Assembly: GCA_965153285.1 (NCBI GenBank) | Contig: OZ229114.1 | DNA length: 64,000 nt | From: Podarcis tiliguerta | Lineage: Eukaryota | Reading direction: 5' to 3' (one strand) | Shown here: positions 12,767 through 23,705 of the stretch, one piece after another | Layout: each line of letters starts with the position of its first letter | How positions within the stretch are numbered: position 1 is the first letter of the stretch | Made by a program: the position numbers and the translations under genes | The notes under the pieces: model-generated | Databases searched by the model: none | The model's input: the letters and a program-made list of their open reading frames with translations, nothing else | What the model was told of the DNA's origin: nothing

Positions 12767-13734
12767 CTTGAGCAGTCAGCTGCGCTGAGAAGACCTTGTC
12801 CGAGATCAACCATGCGCTGACTTGGTTCCAGAAGTGTGTCTGAGAGCCTCTCTCTTCAGTTATATCTGTTATGTGGATAATTCTTTTGCCCTGGCATTGG
12901 CAGGTAATTTAAATATCGCAGCTTAAATGAGTCCTAGGAAAGAAAAGACAAGAACTATTTGTCATCCACATTTTTGTTAATGAAATTTTATAAACCATCA
13001 AAAGATGATTACAGGCAATCTAGATTTTTCAAAATGGATACATTTGGGGGGGGGTGTGAACCCTCAGCCTGTGTATGTGATCTGTTTCCCAAGTTAAGGT
13101 TAACGTTCATCTTGTAGGACAGGTGGCGGCGGCAAGGAGGGAAAACCCAAATTATGTTGGGGAGAGACCGTGACAGCACCTCCACATTGTTTCTGTTGCA
13201 GGTGGCAGGTGTGCTGAGAAGTGGCAAGGAGCTGATTGGAGTGCCCAGGAAACTGGATGGAGCACTCTGATGTTTCAAAAGTATGGGTGACGGTTGAGCA
13301 CTTGAGGAACCTCACAAAAGATCACAACATTCCTTCCTGTTTCCTGATCACTTGTTTCTGATCCTTGGCTGAGGTAGGAAAATTGCACCTCCCAGGTAGA
13401 GTGCTAGAGTAAGAAGTGGTTCTTCATTACAAACTTCAGTTTCGTTCTCTCCTCAGCTTGGGCTCATTTAAATTAATTCATTCTTGGTCCACTGCAGCTA
13501 CATGGTCATTTCTTCCTAATGCTCCTACAGGCAAGGAAGTTCTGAGAAGCCAAAGGACAGAACCACCCTTGTCACCCCTTTATCTGCAGTGGCTTTCAGT
13601 AATACTCTCAGTTAAGGAACCAGCAAAACCTCCATTCACAAATCATGTCTATCCACCATGCAGCCTACCTGCTGCATTAACGTGTTGTTGTTGTTGTTTT
13701 ACCTGTGCAAGTGTGAGGTACAGTGTAGTGCTAT

Positions 13735-13896
13735 TTATCTGGAGATGTAAGTGTATGTTCTGGAAGGGGAGCGGTTAGATTCTGCTTGGGTAGCTGGATC
13801 ATTCAGGAAGTCCCAGATGAGGATGGTGTCATCATGCGAGCTGCTAACTATTTGAAATTCGTCAAACTGGAGCCGGAAAACTCTGCCGGAGTGCTC
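13735..13896 (-). CDS. BTRC: BTRC last coding exon (exon 14), final WD40 repeat and C-terminus
   Basis: [53 protein letters not shown] then TAA (13737-13735); acceptor cag|GAG; the exon continues 32 nt as UTR to the donor CAG|gtaaa at 13703/13702. Confidence 0.97.
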   Translation of the reverse strand, partial: EHSGRVFRLQFDEFQIVSSSHDDTILIWDFLNDPATQAESNRSPSRTYTYISR

Positions 13897-14124
13897 CTGG
13901 ATGGGGAAAGGGAGACAAGTCAAATTCAGAAGCATTAAGGGTTGCTGTGATCTTAGCACTGTATGTTTCTGATTACAGACGTATACACCTCCTCCTAAAG
14001 AACCAACTGCACAAACAAGCAGTCCTTTCATTAACTAACAAACCATTTCTGTGAAAAAATCAGGAAAAGGTTTGCACTCATGTTCAACCTCTGAATTCCA
14101 GAAGCTGGGAATACTTGAGGGAGG

Positions 14125-14270
14125 AGGGCACTTAGAAAAGTTAGTTGTTGCATTTTGTCCCATTTGTGGCCATTCTAGTCCAATCTGGCTGGCCACTGGT
14201 GAAAACAGGATGCTGGACTATACAAATGCTTGTTCTGATCCAGCAGAGCATTTCTTACTCTCTTATGTGA
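14125..14270 (+). mobile_element. Degenerate CR1 3' end
   Basis: ctggctggccactggtgaaaacaggatgctggacta...tctgatccagcagagcatttcttactctcttatgt resembles squamate CR1 termini. Confidence 0.6.
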
Positions 14271-15345
14271 AATGAGTATTTATTATGTGGCCTTTCCTCT
14301 TATCATCTGGAAATGGAGAATAAAACAGCACACACTATGCTGCATTCATTGCAGAGACAGGTTTAATTTTAGATCCTGAGGAGATGCAGCAGAACAGCAA
14401 ATGTTACATTTCCCCAGTTTGCAAGCACCTAAAACATGCCTGTTTCTGCTCACCCTTTTGAAGGTAAGAGTATCAGATACAACTTTAATGAGGCAGTGAA
14501 ATCTTAGGGTTTGTTTACAGTGGTGGTTTAGCCACGAGCAGCAGGATTCACAAGTCAGTCTCAGCTGAAGTGTGAACATAGTCACTCAGGGGTAATGAGC
14601 ACTGACTCCCCCAGCACCTCATTAAGGCTTAATGAATTCTACACCACTTCATATATTTGGTCCTCTAGGATCAGAACAACGAAACAAGGTGGCTGCTTTT
14701 TCACTTATCCTCTGGGTCCTATGTTCTCTATAAAGCAGCACAACTGTATTTAGATATATATCAGGCAGAAGGAGTTGAGCTGGCCTATACCGTGTGAATT
14801 AGTTTGGAAAAAGAACAACTGCATTGCTACAACAATGGACACGTTTGCCACAGAGAAGACAAGCTCAATGCCACCATTAGAGTCTTTGTATTTTGCTTAT
14901 TCTCCACTTTAAGTCATAGTTTTAAGGCAAGGCAAATTCAAGACAAACCTATATTAGGACTTCTTTTGCATACGATACAAGCTTACACAAAGCTGCATTC
15001 TTTAATGGATTAGATTTGGTGGCATGGCTAAGGAGGAGCATATTTTAGTCTAACTCTCATTTGACAATCCAGGTGAAGTTTTATTATGTATTATACTGGG
15101 TACCGTATTTTTCGCCCTATTGGACGCACCGGCCCATAGGACGCACCTAGTTTTCAGGGGGGGAAATCAAGGGGAAAAATATGATTCCCCCCCCCCCCCG
15201 CAGCTCTGGGAGCAGCGGACAGGCTGCACGCAGCCTGTGCGCTACTCCAAGACCTTCTCCCTGCTTTTGGGGGAGGTGGCGGAATTCCCCCACCTCCCGC
15301 AAAAGCTCACAGGAGCCGTGCGCGACTCCTATGGGCTTTTCGACC

Positions 15346-15830
15346 AGGAGGGAAAAGGGACTGAAACGGCCAGTCAGTCCCTTCTCCCTCCTCGGGGAAA
15401 ACCCCCAAGAGGGGCGCACTCTTCAAAGGGTGCGCGGCTCCTGCGGGCTTTTCTACGAGGTGGGGGAATTCCCCCACCTCCTAGAAAACCCAGCAGAAGC
15501 CACAGAGCCCCTTTAAAGAGCGCACGGCTTTTGCCTGCTTTTGCGGGAGGTGGGGGAATTCCCCCATCTCCTGCAAAAGCCCACAGGAGGGAGAAGGGAT
15601 GGACTCGGCCAGTCAGTCCCTTCTCCCTCTTTGGGGAAAAGCCCCCAAGAGCGGCGCGCTCTTCAATGGGTGAGCGGCTCCTGTGGGCTTTTCTACAAGG
15701 TGGGGGAATTCCCTCACCTCCTAGAAAAGCCAGCAGAAGCCGCGGAGCCCCTTTAAAGAGTGCACAGCTTTTGCCTGCTTTTGCGGGAGGTGGGGGAATT
15801 CCCCCATCTCCCACAAAGGCCCACAGGAGG
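15346..15830. repeat. 240-bp tandem repeat (2 copies), each with two GAATTC-centred palindromes
   Basis: The sequence starting at 15421/15661, 15481/15721 and 15541/15781 aligns at a period of exactly 240. Confidence 0.9.
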
Positions 15831-16245
15831 GTTGGAGAGTAGCGGGATGGTGTCGCGCGCCATCCTGCTGCCCCCCATCCTCTGGGGCTGGCGAAGGGGG
15901 AAGCGCTGCTTTCCCCCCGCCAGCCTCGAAGCCGGGTTGGGGAGTAGCGGGAAGGCGTCGCGCGCCTCCCCGCTGCCCCCCATCCTCTGGGGCTGGCGAA
16001 GGGGGAAGCGCTGCTTTCCCCTCCGCCAGCCTCGAAGCCGGGTTGGGGAGTAGCGGGATGGTGTCGCGCGCCTTCCCGCTGCCCCCCATCCTCTGGGGCT
16101 GGCGAAGGGGGAAGCGCTGCTTGCCCCCCCGCCAGCCTCGAAGCCGGGTTGGGGAGTAGCGGGAAGGCGTTGCGCGCCCTCCTGCTGCCCCCCATCCTCT
16201 GGGGCTGGCGAAGGGGGAAGCGCTGCTTTCCCCCCCGCCAGCCTC
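15829..16245. repeat. GC-rich minisatellite, ~106-bp unit, 4 copies
   Basis: Unit starts (gggttgg) at 15829, 15934, 16040 and 16146. Confidence 0.92.
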
Positions 16246-16468
16246 AAAGAGCAGACTCTCCTGGCTCCAGCGGAAGCAATGCGAAGCCTCCGGAGCGCAG
16301 GCTTCAGAGGCTTCGCGTTGCTATCGCTGAACCCAAGGAGCCTGCATTCGCCCCATAAGACGCACACACATTTCCCCTTCATTTTTGGAGGGGGAAAAGT
16401 GCATCTTATAGGGCGAAAAATACGGTAAATATATTCCCTCCTATCCGAGATCAGTCAAAAGCTCTTAC

Positions 16469-16547
16469 CACAAGAGTGCGCAGGCAGAGGGTTCCAGCAG
16501 GGGCACGAGGGTCTAGGGCAGCTACCAGATCCCACACCTTAATTTTC
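16469..16547 (-). CDS. BTRC: BTRC coding exon (exon 13)
   Basis: [26 protein letters not shown]; cag|GAA...GTG|gtaag; 79 nt. Confidence 0.97.
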
Positions 16548-17310
16548 CTGGTGGCACAGAAAAGAAGGAAGAACCAGAGTTTCATTAAAAAGTAAGCGTA
16601 AGCACTACATGATATTAAAAAACTGAGATTAATCCATCTCAGCTGATCAATCTACTTCATGGAGAAAAAAATAGATGTGCATCTGTTCTTGCAACTTGGC
16701 TTTGCTGTTTTCTCTTGTGTTGGCTGGAGGTAGTAAGGTGGATATGAAGACAACAGATCTTAATGGGAAGTGTATGGTTAACATAAAGATAAATTAAAAC
16801 TAAAGAGAGCACATCAATTATAATGGAAGGAATGATAAACATTACACTGTATTGTACTGTGATATGACTTCAGTAATAGTAATATGTATAATTTGGTGAA
16901 TCCAAGTAGTGTTTACCTCACCAAGCATGTCTTTTATTTTAGGCCCTGTTAATGGGACTTTTATAAGCAAATTCTACCTTCCACTTATCCAAATGAGACC
17001 AGCAGGAAAACAAATTTGATTGCTACTATAAGTGGTTGTCTTTGCAGAACCTGCAATGTATTTTAATATCTCCTCCTTTAAATACTACTGGTATCTGTTC
17101 TTCTTGCATTTTATATTTGTAATGCTGAATGAGGAAAACTGATTCTCTCTTTCTTCTAAAAATCCAAATTGCATACAGGTTACTTGCTCAGTGAAGCACT
17201 GGATCTGTCAGAGTAAGGCAATTCTAATTTTCTAGCCTTCAGGGTAACAGTTTGAGGTGGGTGGGTGGGTGGGAGAGAGACTCTAGACATCTCTATTTCA
17301 TCACTAAATT

Positions 17311-17378
17311 TGTAAACTGCTCTGTGATCCTTGGATGAAAGGCAGGATAGAAATTTAATTAATAAATTAATAATAAAT
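17311..17378 (+). mobile_element. Short L2-type retroelement 3' end abutting the exon 12 donor
   Basis: tgtaaactgctctg...gaaaggcaggatagaaat followed by an (aat)-rich tail. Confidence 0.55.
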
Positions 17379-17384
17379 TCTCAC

Positions 17385-17495
17385 CCATCATAGGCTCCAC
17401 TGACTATCCTCTTGGTATCAAAGCGAATACATCTCACCAGCTCTTCGTGGCCTTCCAGAACTCGCAAACATGCCCCACATTCAATGTCCCATAAC
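17385..17495 (-). CDS. BTRC: BTRC coding exon (exon 12), WD40
   Basis: [36 protein letters not shown](G); tag|GTT...TGG|gtgag; 111 nt. Confidence 0.97.
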
Positions 17496-20400
17496 CTAGA
17501 AGACAAGGCAAATAATCATTATGCAATTGCCATAGAAAAATGTTTTGGAAATACAAATCAAACCTGCCTATTTATCCAGGAATGGGAGAACTCTGAAGAA
17601 TCTCCCAATTTCTTCCTAAATTCACATTTTGTATCTAGAAAATTACAAACTCTACAATTTTCATTTCCAATACTGTACATTTATGAGTAGTAGTGTTATC
17701 TCTGAATTACTGCCTGAATGTTGTTTGGGCTACATAAGAGACAACAAATTATAGATAGCATGGAGATGGGGGCCCGTGTCAACTTGAAGAGATAAGATTG
17801 CTTGTTCCAGAAAAAAATGAAATCCTTCCTGTGACCTGGCTTTGCTATAGAAGAAAATCAGGTGGTTACCAGAAACATATTTCATTCACATTGCATCTGA
17901 AACATTAGCTTCTTAGAAAAAACCTGCCACTTCACTTCTCAACAGATCTTGGTAACCTCTGAAAACAGTTTACCAAAATGCACTAAATATGGGTATTTGT
18001 TAGGAGACTGTCATGACTGTTTAAAGTGCTATCATAGTGCCCTAAATGTATGGTATGAATGTGGCATAACTATTACACATGTGCCTCTCTACTGCTGTAA
18101 CATCTAGCTTAACCCATAGGCAGCTGTTTTTTTTCTTCTGATTAAGCAGGAAATGCCTCAGTCAATTAAAGCATGTTTCACATTACACTAACAAAGCGGT
18201 TGCTAACAGAAGGTGAAAAATGTCCTTGCTTTTCTGTGTGGAAAGAGCACATGATATAGGCAAATTTAAACAGTGTCACCCCCTATCACCTCCAAAAGAA
18301 AACCGCACAATAATTTGTGAAGCCATTCACATAATTTTTTGTCATGAAGGTTTTGCTGGGCCCTATGCTTGTTCATCCGAGTTAAAATGAAATAGGAATG
18401 ACAATATCACAAAGTGGGTTCCCCACCTATTGGTTACAGTTGCTATTTGATATAATCCTACTTCATTCCACAGTGTCGATGCTAAACCTTTTGTGATTAC
18501 CCACTGACCAAATGTGAATTGCTGCACAGAACACAAAAGATAGTTTGTGTGCAGGTGGTTTACACTCTACACTGAAAATACAGGAGAGGAGGATGGGAGA
18601 AACAGCCACCCCAAGCCAATTTTGAAAACTGATCTTTGGGAACTTGTGGGCCAACTGTGCACCTAACCTGCATTCTGCTGAGAGATGTTGCCAACCACTG
18701 CAAAAATTCCAGCACAAGGATTTTATTCAGTGTAAGCATAAAAGTAATTGTATTCCTCTTTAAATTTATTACCATATTGACATTTATATTTGTTGGTTAT
18801 TACTGTGTGTAGTATTTGTGGTTACTTTTCCAAGCTCTGCAAAGTTTAACTATTTCCTGTTTGGACTACTGTCGATGTTTGTGCTTTCCGAATTGTATGC
18901 TTTTTAGATTTGTCTTTGATGTTGCTATTTCTTATGGAAGCGGTGCACAGTAGAGTGCTGGATCCAAGTTTAAACTCATTTAAACTCAAAATTTTCTCAA
19001 AACACAGTTTGTCTTATCTTTTGTTTAGCCATACCATGAAGGCACCCCCAACCCCCCCCCCCAATGTATGTGTGCCCTGGTTTTTCCCCTCAAGCAAAGC
19101 CATGGTGTTATTTGCAAATCTTTTGATCTTTACAAGGCGTTAAATAGAATGCAGCTGTTGAGTGAAGGTGATAATTGGTTAATAGCTTCAACTGTCCCCT
19201 TACAATTCCCCATGTCTCTCATTTAAATTGTCTGCTGCAGTACCCTGACTTGTTTGTTTTCATTACTCATGTTACTGCAATTACCTTCAGTAACTAGCTT
19301 TCTCTAAAAGCTACACTAGTCAATTACCAGCCTCTTAAGTCCCTTAATGAAAGGAATTGTTTCTTTGTTTTGTATGTTTATTTGGACACACAGTGATTCC
19401 ATACATTTGACCTTGGACCCGGAGAATTATGCACAACGGATGAGGAAAGATGATGCCATTAATTTGAATGAGCTCTGTTGGTCTGATTAAGAGGGATCCT
19501 TTACCCATTTTTTAATATCTGCACACTCACTAAACTGTATAGCTTTAGGAATATGGCAACTTTTGTCTTGCTTGAATTGTTGCTGAGGACAATTTAAAAA
19601 GCAGATTGTCAATGCACTGTCCATGTGAGTCGGTGCTCAAACTGCTGTGACCAAAGCTTTCGATTAAAAAAGAATGAGGATTGGGCTGACACTTCATTTC
19701 TTGCAGGAAAGAAGAGCACATGAATGGAAGAAACCCTTTAAGCAAGTGCACAAATATTTGCATTGACAAGATGATTGAACCATGAAGCAGCTCATGGCTA
19801 TAGAGGCAACTCATCACCATAGTTCACAAAAAACAACAACAACTTGTATAGCTTTAAATGAGTAAGGATGAGGTACACAGAAGAGTATAGGAAGATAGTA
19901 CTTCCTACTTGCTCAGTTCTGACCAATCAATGGCTTTCAATGATATTATTATACTTCGCCCTCTAAAAACTGTCAAATTTCATCCAACGCAAAAATACAC
20001 AGTTCATTCTATTATGGAATGGATCACTGCTTGGAACGTTTCCAACCAAGGGACAGCAAGCAGACTCCATGAGTCCAGGCCACCTGTTACAAATGGTGCC
20101 TGAGGCTAAGCACCATGAGAAAAACTTGGTTGGCAAAACCCCAGCACTGTTTTGGGGTTGGATTAAAAACCTCTTGTTGCAAATACAACTCTTCTCAGCA
20201 GAGACACAACCCATAAAGGGGAGCAGCCTTTATAACAGTCTGTGCCAGTGCTTTTCACATATTACATTTTGAGAAGTTAAACAATTATTACTGTTTGCTT
20301 TTAGCTCTTGCAGAATACAAAAATCTAAATAGCAGCTGTGTTAAAAAAGGAGATAAATATTTATGCAAAATAAAACTATATGTAGTACTATAAATGGATT

Positions 20401-21497
20401 ATTGCTCATTGACGATATGGAAGCTTTAAACTCTGGAAAACTGAGGCAACGACAAAAGCTTTTCCTTCTTATTTTAGCATTTTAGAACACAAGTTTTACT
20501 CTGCTGTCAGGGCTGTGGCCATTTTAAGAATACATGGAATAGAGTGCAGACTTTTGATTTTTGAAAATTCTACAAAGCTGAGAAATTTCTGTTCCTGGTA
20601 GCTAAAGAGAAAAAGTTGAAAATGACAAAAAACCAAGACGGAATTGTTGCCTCATGGTTACTTTCTCTTGAATCCAAAGCACTTCCCCAAGTTTGTGCAC
20701 TAGCCTCCTTTCTTGGTTCCTTATGACTGCTCTTTCTAAAATACGCTTGGCAAGACCTCAAATATTTAATTCAACTGTATTATGTGAATTAAATAAATAC
20801 ATACTGAATTCATTTTGAACTCAGATTTTTGGCGGATCTTGACATTTCTAGGTATATGGAACCCCCTGCCTTTTTAAAAGCTTATTTAGTAACAACGAGG
20901 CCTGGTTTACATATACCACAGAGTAAAGTGGTATAATCCTGAAGGGCTAGTGTGAGCCACATCACTTCAAACAGCAGGTGAGGGATATCTGTCTTGAATG
21001 CTCCCCTACATTTAACCAAAAATAATAACGAATCATCTTCCCCCAATTTTATTTTATTTTAAAAAACCACAGGACAAAGGCACAGGAACAGGCCTCTATC
21101 TGCGATACTAGTTCATTTGTTTTTAAAATAAAAAGCTTATTGTGTTTTGTATGCGGGGGAGAATTCAGAAGTGCAATCCTTCACCTGCAATCAGAAGCAG
21201 TACTATCTCAGTTTAATAAGTAGAGGGCACGTGGATGTGCTAAAGAGCACATTACAATTGCATGCAACATTAGTCTAATACTGACTGCTTCTTTTTAAAC
21301 GATAAAGTGCTGGAGCAGGGCCTTTGGAGTGGGAACAGACAAGAACATGTTTAAGTACACCTTCTCCACTGCTTTGTCTCAAATTGGCATTTTGTGAAAA
21401 AATGGCCATTTGAGAAGACTGCAAACACTGATGTGTAATATATGGTTTGGCTCTGAGAGAGGCAGCATGCTGTTCAGGTAACTGTTGTGTTTCTTAC

Positions 21498-21616
21498 CTG
21501 ATTGTATTATCTGATGAACCACTCACTACTAGTCTGTCTCTGTACTGTAGACATGCAATACCTCGCTTGTGGCCATTCAACGTACGCACAAACTCACAGG
21601 TACTTGTGTTCCAGAC
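21498..21616 (-). CDS. BTRC: BTRC coding exon (exon 11), WD40
   Basis: [39 protein letters not shown](R); cag|GTC...CAG|gtaag; 119 nt. Confidence 0.97.
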
Positions 21617-21692
21617 CTGTAAGAGAGACACAAGTACAAACAGAAGGAAATAATGGACAGGGATGTTTATGAGAAAGTCATAGATTGTTGAT

Positions 21693-21934
21693 GGGAGACG
21701 GTGTGGTGTGATGGTCTGAGTGTTGGATTAAAGACTAGGAGAATGTGGATCACATTCCCACTCAGGCACAAAACTAAAAGGATGGCCTTAAGCCAGTCAC
21801 TCACCCTCTCAGCCCAATCTACACTAACAGCATGATGATGAGAATCAAAGTGTGTGAAGAAGGGAACCATGCCCCCCGATGAAGGCAGTATAGGAAGGTA
21901 GTATATATGTATTGCGAAAAAGAAATAAATAAAT
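21693..21934 (+). mobile_element. Degenerate MIR/Squam3-like SINE filling most of the 350-nt intron between exons 10 and 11
   Basis: tRNA-like head gtgtggtgtgatggtctgagtgttgga, core ccttaagccagtcactcaccctctcagcccaatctac, tail aaataaataaat; related to the reverse complement of 28155-28390. Confidence 0.7.
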
Positions 21935-21966
21935 GTCCAATGTCATCATGACTTCATGGTTTGCAC

Positions 21967-22216
21967 CTTAATCGTTCTGTCCCCCGATGCTGATACAATG
22001 TATTTGTCATCGAAGTCGACCACATTGACGGCTGCCCTGTGTCCAACCAGTACCCTTCGTAGTGTGATGTCTGTCGGGGAGGCCATGTCCCACACGGCAA
22101 TGGACCGATCTTTGGAGCATGTCACCATCATGCCATTATTAAAACGTAGGTGCAGTACTGCTTCACAATGATGGATCAGGGTGTTCAGCATCTCACCCGT
22201 ATTAACATCCCACACT
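21967..22216 (-). CDS. BTRC: BTRC coding exon (exon 10), WD40 repeats
   Basis: [83 protein letters not shown]; cag|AGT...AAG|gtgca; 250 nt. Confidence 0.97.
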
Positions 22217-22389
22217 CTGGAATTTGTGACAGAAGAGAGAAAAGAAGGGGCGGAGAGAGATGTTTTAAGATTTTCCATTATTAAGCAGAAGGGGGAAATA
22301 TGCCAAACATTCCTGTAAAAGATGTGCTAAATAAGTAAGTCTGTCCGCCTAATTTGGTAAATTCAAATAGTATTTCAATAAGAATCTAA

Positions 22390-22505
22390 TTCTTCCCCCC
22401 AGCAACTTTGTGTGGTAGGACATTATTATATCCATTTTACAGATGGGGAACTGGAAATGAGAAAATGTGTAATTTGCTCAGTGTCACACTGTGAATCTTG
22501 GGCTT
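22390..22505 (-). mobile_element. MIR-core SINE fragment
   Basis: cattattatatccattttacagatggggaactg...aatttgctcagtgtcacac is the MIR core signature. Confidence 0.65.
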
Positions 22506-23559
22506 GGCTGCAATTTGAAGCAAACTGTCCTCCTTTGGGTTTAGTCAACAGCACAGCTACAGAGTCCAACAAACAAAAGTTAACACTGTAATGTCCAAAC
22601 AGAGTAAGAAAAAGCAAGAACCCCAAAACAAAAGGATTTAACAGGAAAGAAGATCTGAGGACTGAAATCTTCTGCTGCATGTGCTGAGTTTCTGTGCTTG
22701 TGGGCATAATGCAACATCTAAACTAGTACAGAATTTAGTTTGCGGAGCGCTTCCACCTTTGTTTTAAAAATCATGTCTAAAAAGAACAAGGGCAAAATTT
22801 ATCAAAAGGCAGGTCCTTCCTCAGCACATTTCACTCTTCTTAGCTTTCAAATAATCCATATTAACACACTCCAAATCAACAAAGCCTCCAAAATGGATCA
22901 TTTACTCCCAACACAGAATTACCCCTGCACCAAATATGCTGCTCTTTCTTGTGAATGTTTTTTAAAAAATTCTAGGCCGCAGGACTTGAACAATTCCTGA
23001 GCAATAAAAAATGTCACGTAGCATCCACAATTTGAAATATTCCTTTTGTCCTGCTAAAGCATTGCATAATATATTAATGGCTGGTATTAAGGAATTTAAA
23101 ATATTCCTGCTAAACAAGAAACAGTTTAATTGGATATTTCATGCAAGCAGAATCTGTATGCTCAATAAAACGTGCTGACAGCTATCTTTTCCCAAGGACA
23201 GGTGTGTGTGTGTGGATAACCCTGGAATCAAGGGTTTAAATTGCTGACTCTGAAGGCTATTTTTACAAAAACTTATAGAAACAGCCTTCCATTCCTTGTG
23301 CATGTCTTCCACCATTTCTGTTTTGAGGGCAGAATTTGAATAGGGCTTGTGGAGCAAATCCATCTTTCTTACTTGCAACCTCTTCTTGAGCATTAGGAGT
23401 AGCATGGTAGCCAAGACACTCATCATATAATCCCCCAATCTCAATATAATTTATTCCAAACTATGGTTTGACACTGCATGCAAACTGTTAACTTTTAGGC
23501 TTAATTTTCAAAAGCTTTTAGAGGTATCTGGTTGGTTAACTGCTTTCTGTTTAATTTTT

Positions 23560-23700
23560 TTGCTTATTGACTGTTGGCTCTATTCTCTGCCTTTTATATA
23601 TTTTTTCACTAAAATGGATTGTTTTAATTATGGGGTAAACTGCCTTGGAGGCCTGTATTTGTTAGAAAGGCAGGATATAAACATTCTCAATAAATAAATA
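23560..23700 (+). mobile_element. L2-type retroelement 3' end abutting the exon 9 donor
   Basis: T-rich body, then gtaaactgccttg...gaaaggcaggatataaa and an aataaataaata tail; left boundary approximate. Confidence 0.55.
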
Positions 23701-23705
23701 GCTAC

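Larger units (their letters stand above)
7780..12933 (-). other. BTRC: BTRC terminal non-coding exon (long 3' UTR)
   Basis: Acceptor tcttttctttcctag|GACTCATTTAAGCTGCGATATTTAA at 12933 resembles the start of the last human BTRC exon as I recall it; about 5 kb with no recognisable transposons follows. The 5' boundary is well supported. The 3' end is a guess from a variant signal AATACA (7810-7805) followed by a GU/U-rich tract (7773-7758). Confidence 0.6.
15103..16425. mobile_element. Tc1/mariner-superfamily (Tc2/pogo-like) non-autonomous element expanded by GC-rich tandem repeats
   Basis: TIRs CCGTATTTTTCGCCCTAT (18/18, extending imperfectly to ~27 bp), TA at 15101-15102 and 16426-16427; no transposase; CpG-rich, so probably young. 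Confidence 0.92.

Noticed and set aside
15263-16245. Regularly spaced palindromic repeats that superficially resemble a CRISPR array
   Set aside because: The intervening sequences are themselves repeated, there are no cas genes, the context is a vertebrate intron, and the array is bounded by transposon TIRs.
15120-16382. Cluster of long overlapping ORFs (up to 273 aa) on both strands
   Set aside because: They come from stop-poor GC-rich tandem repeats inside a MITE; the peptides are repetitive and lack a DDE transposase motif.
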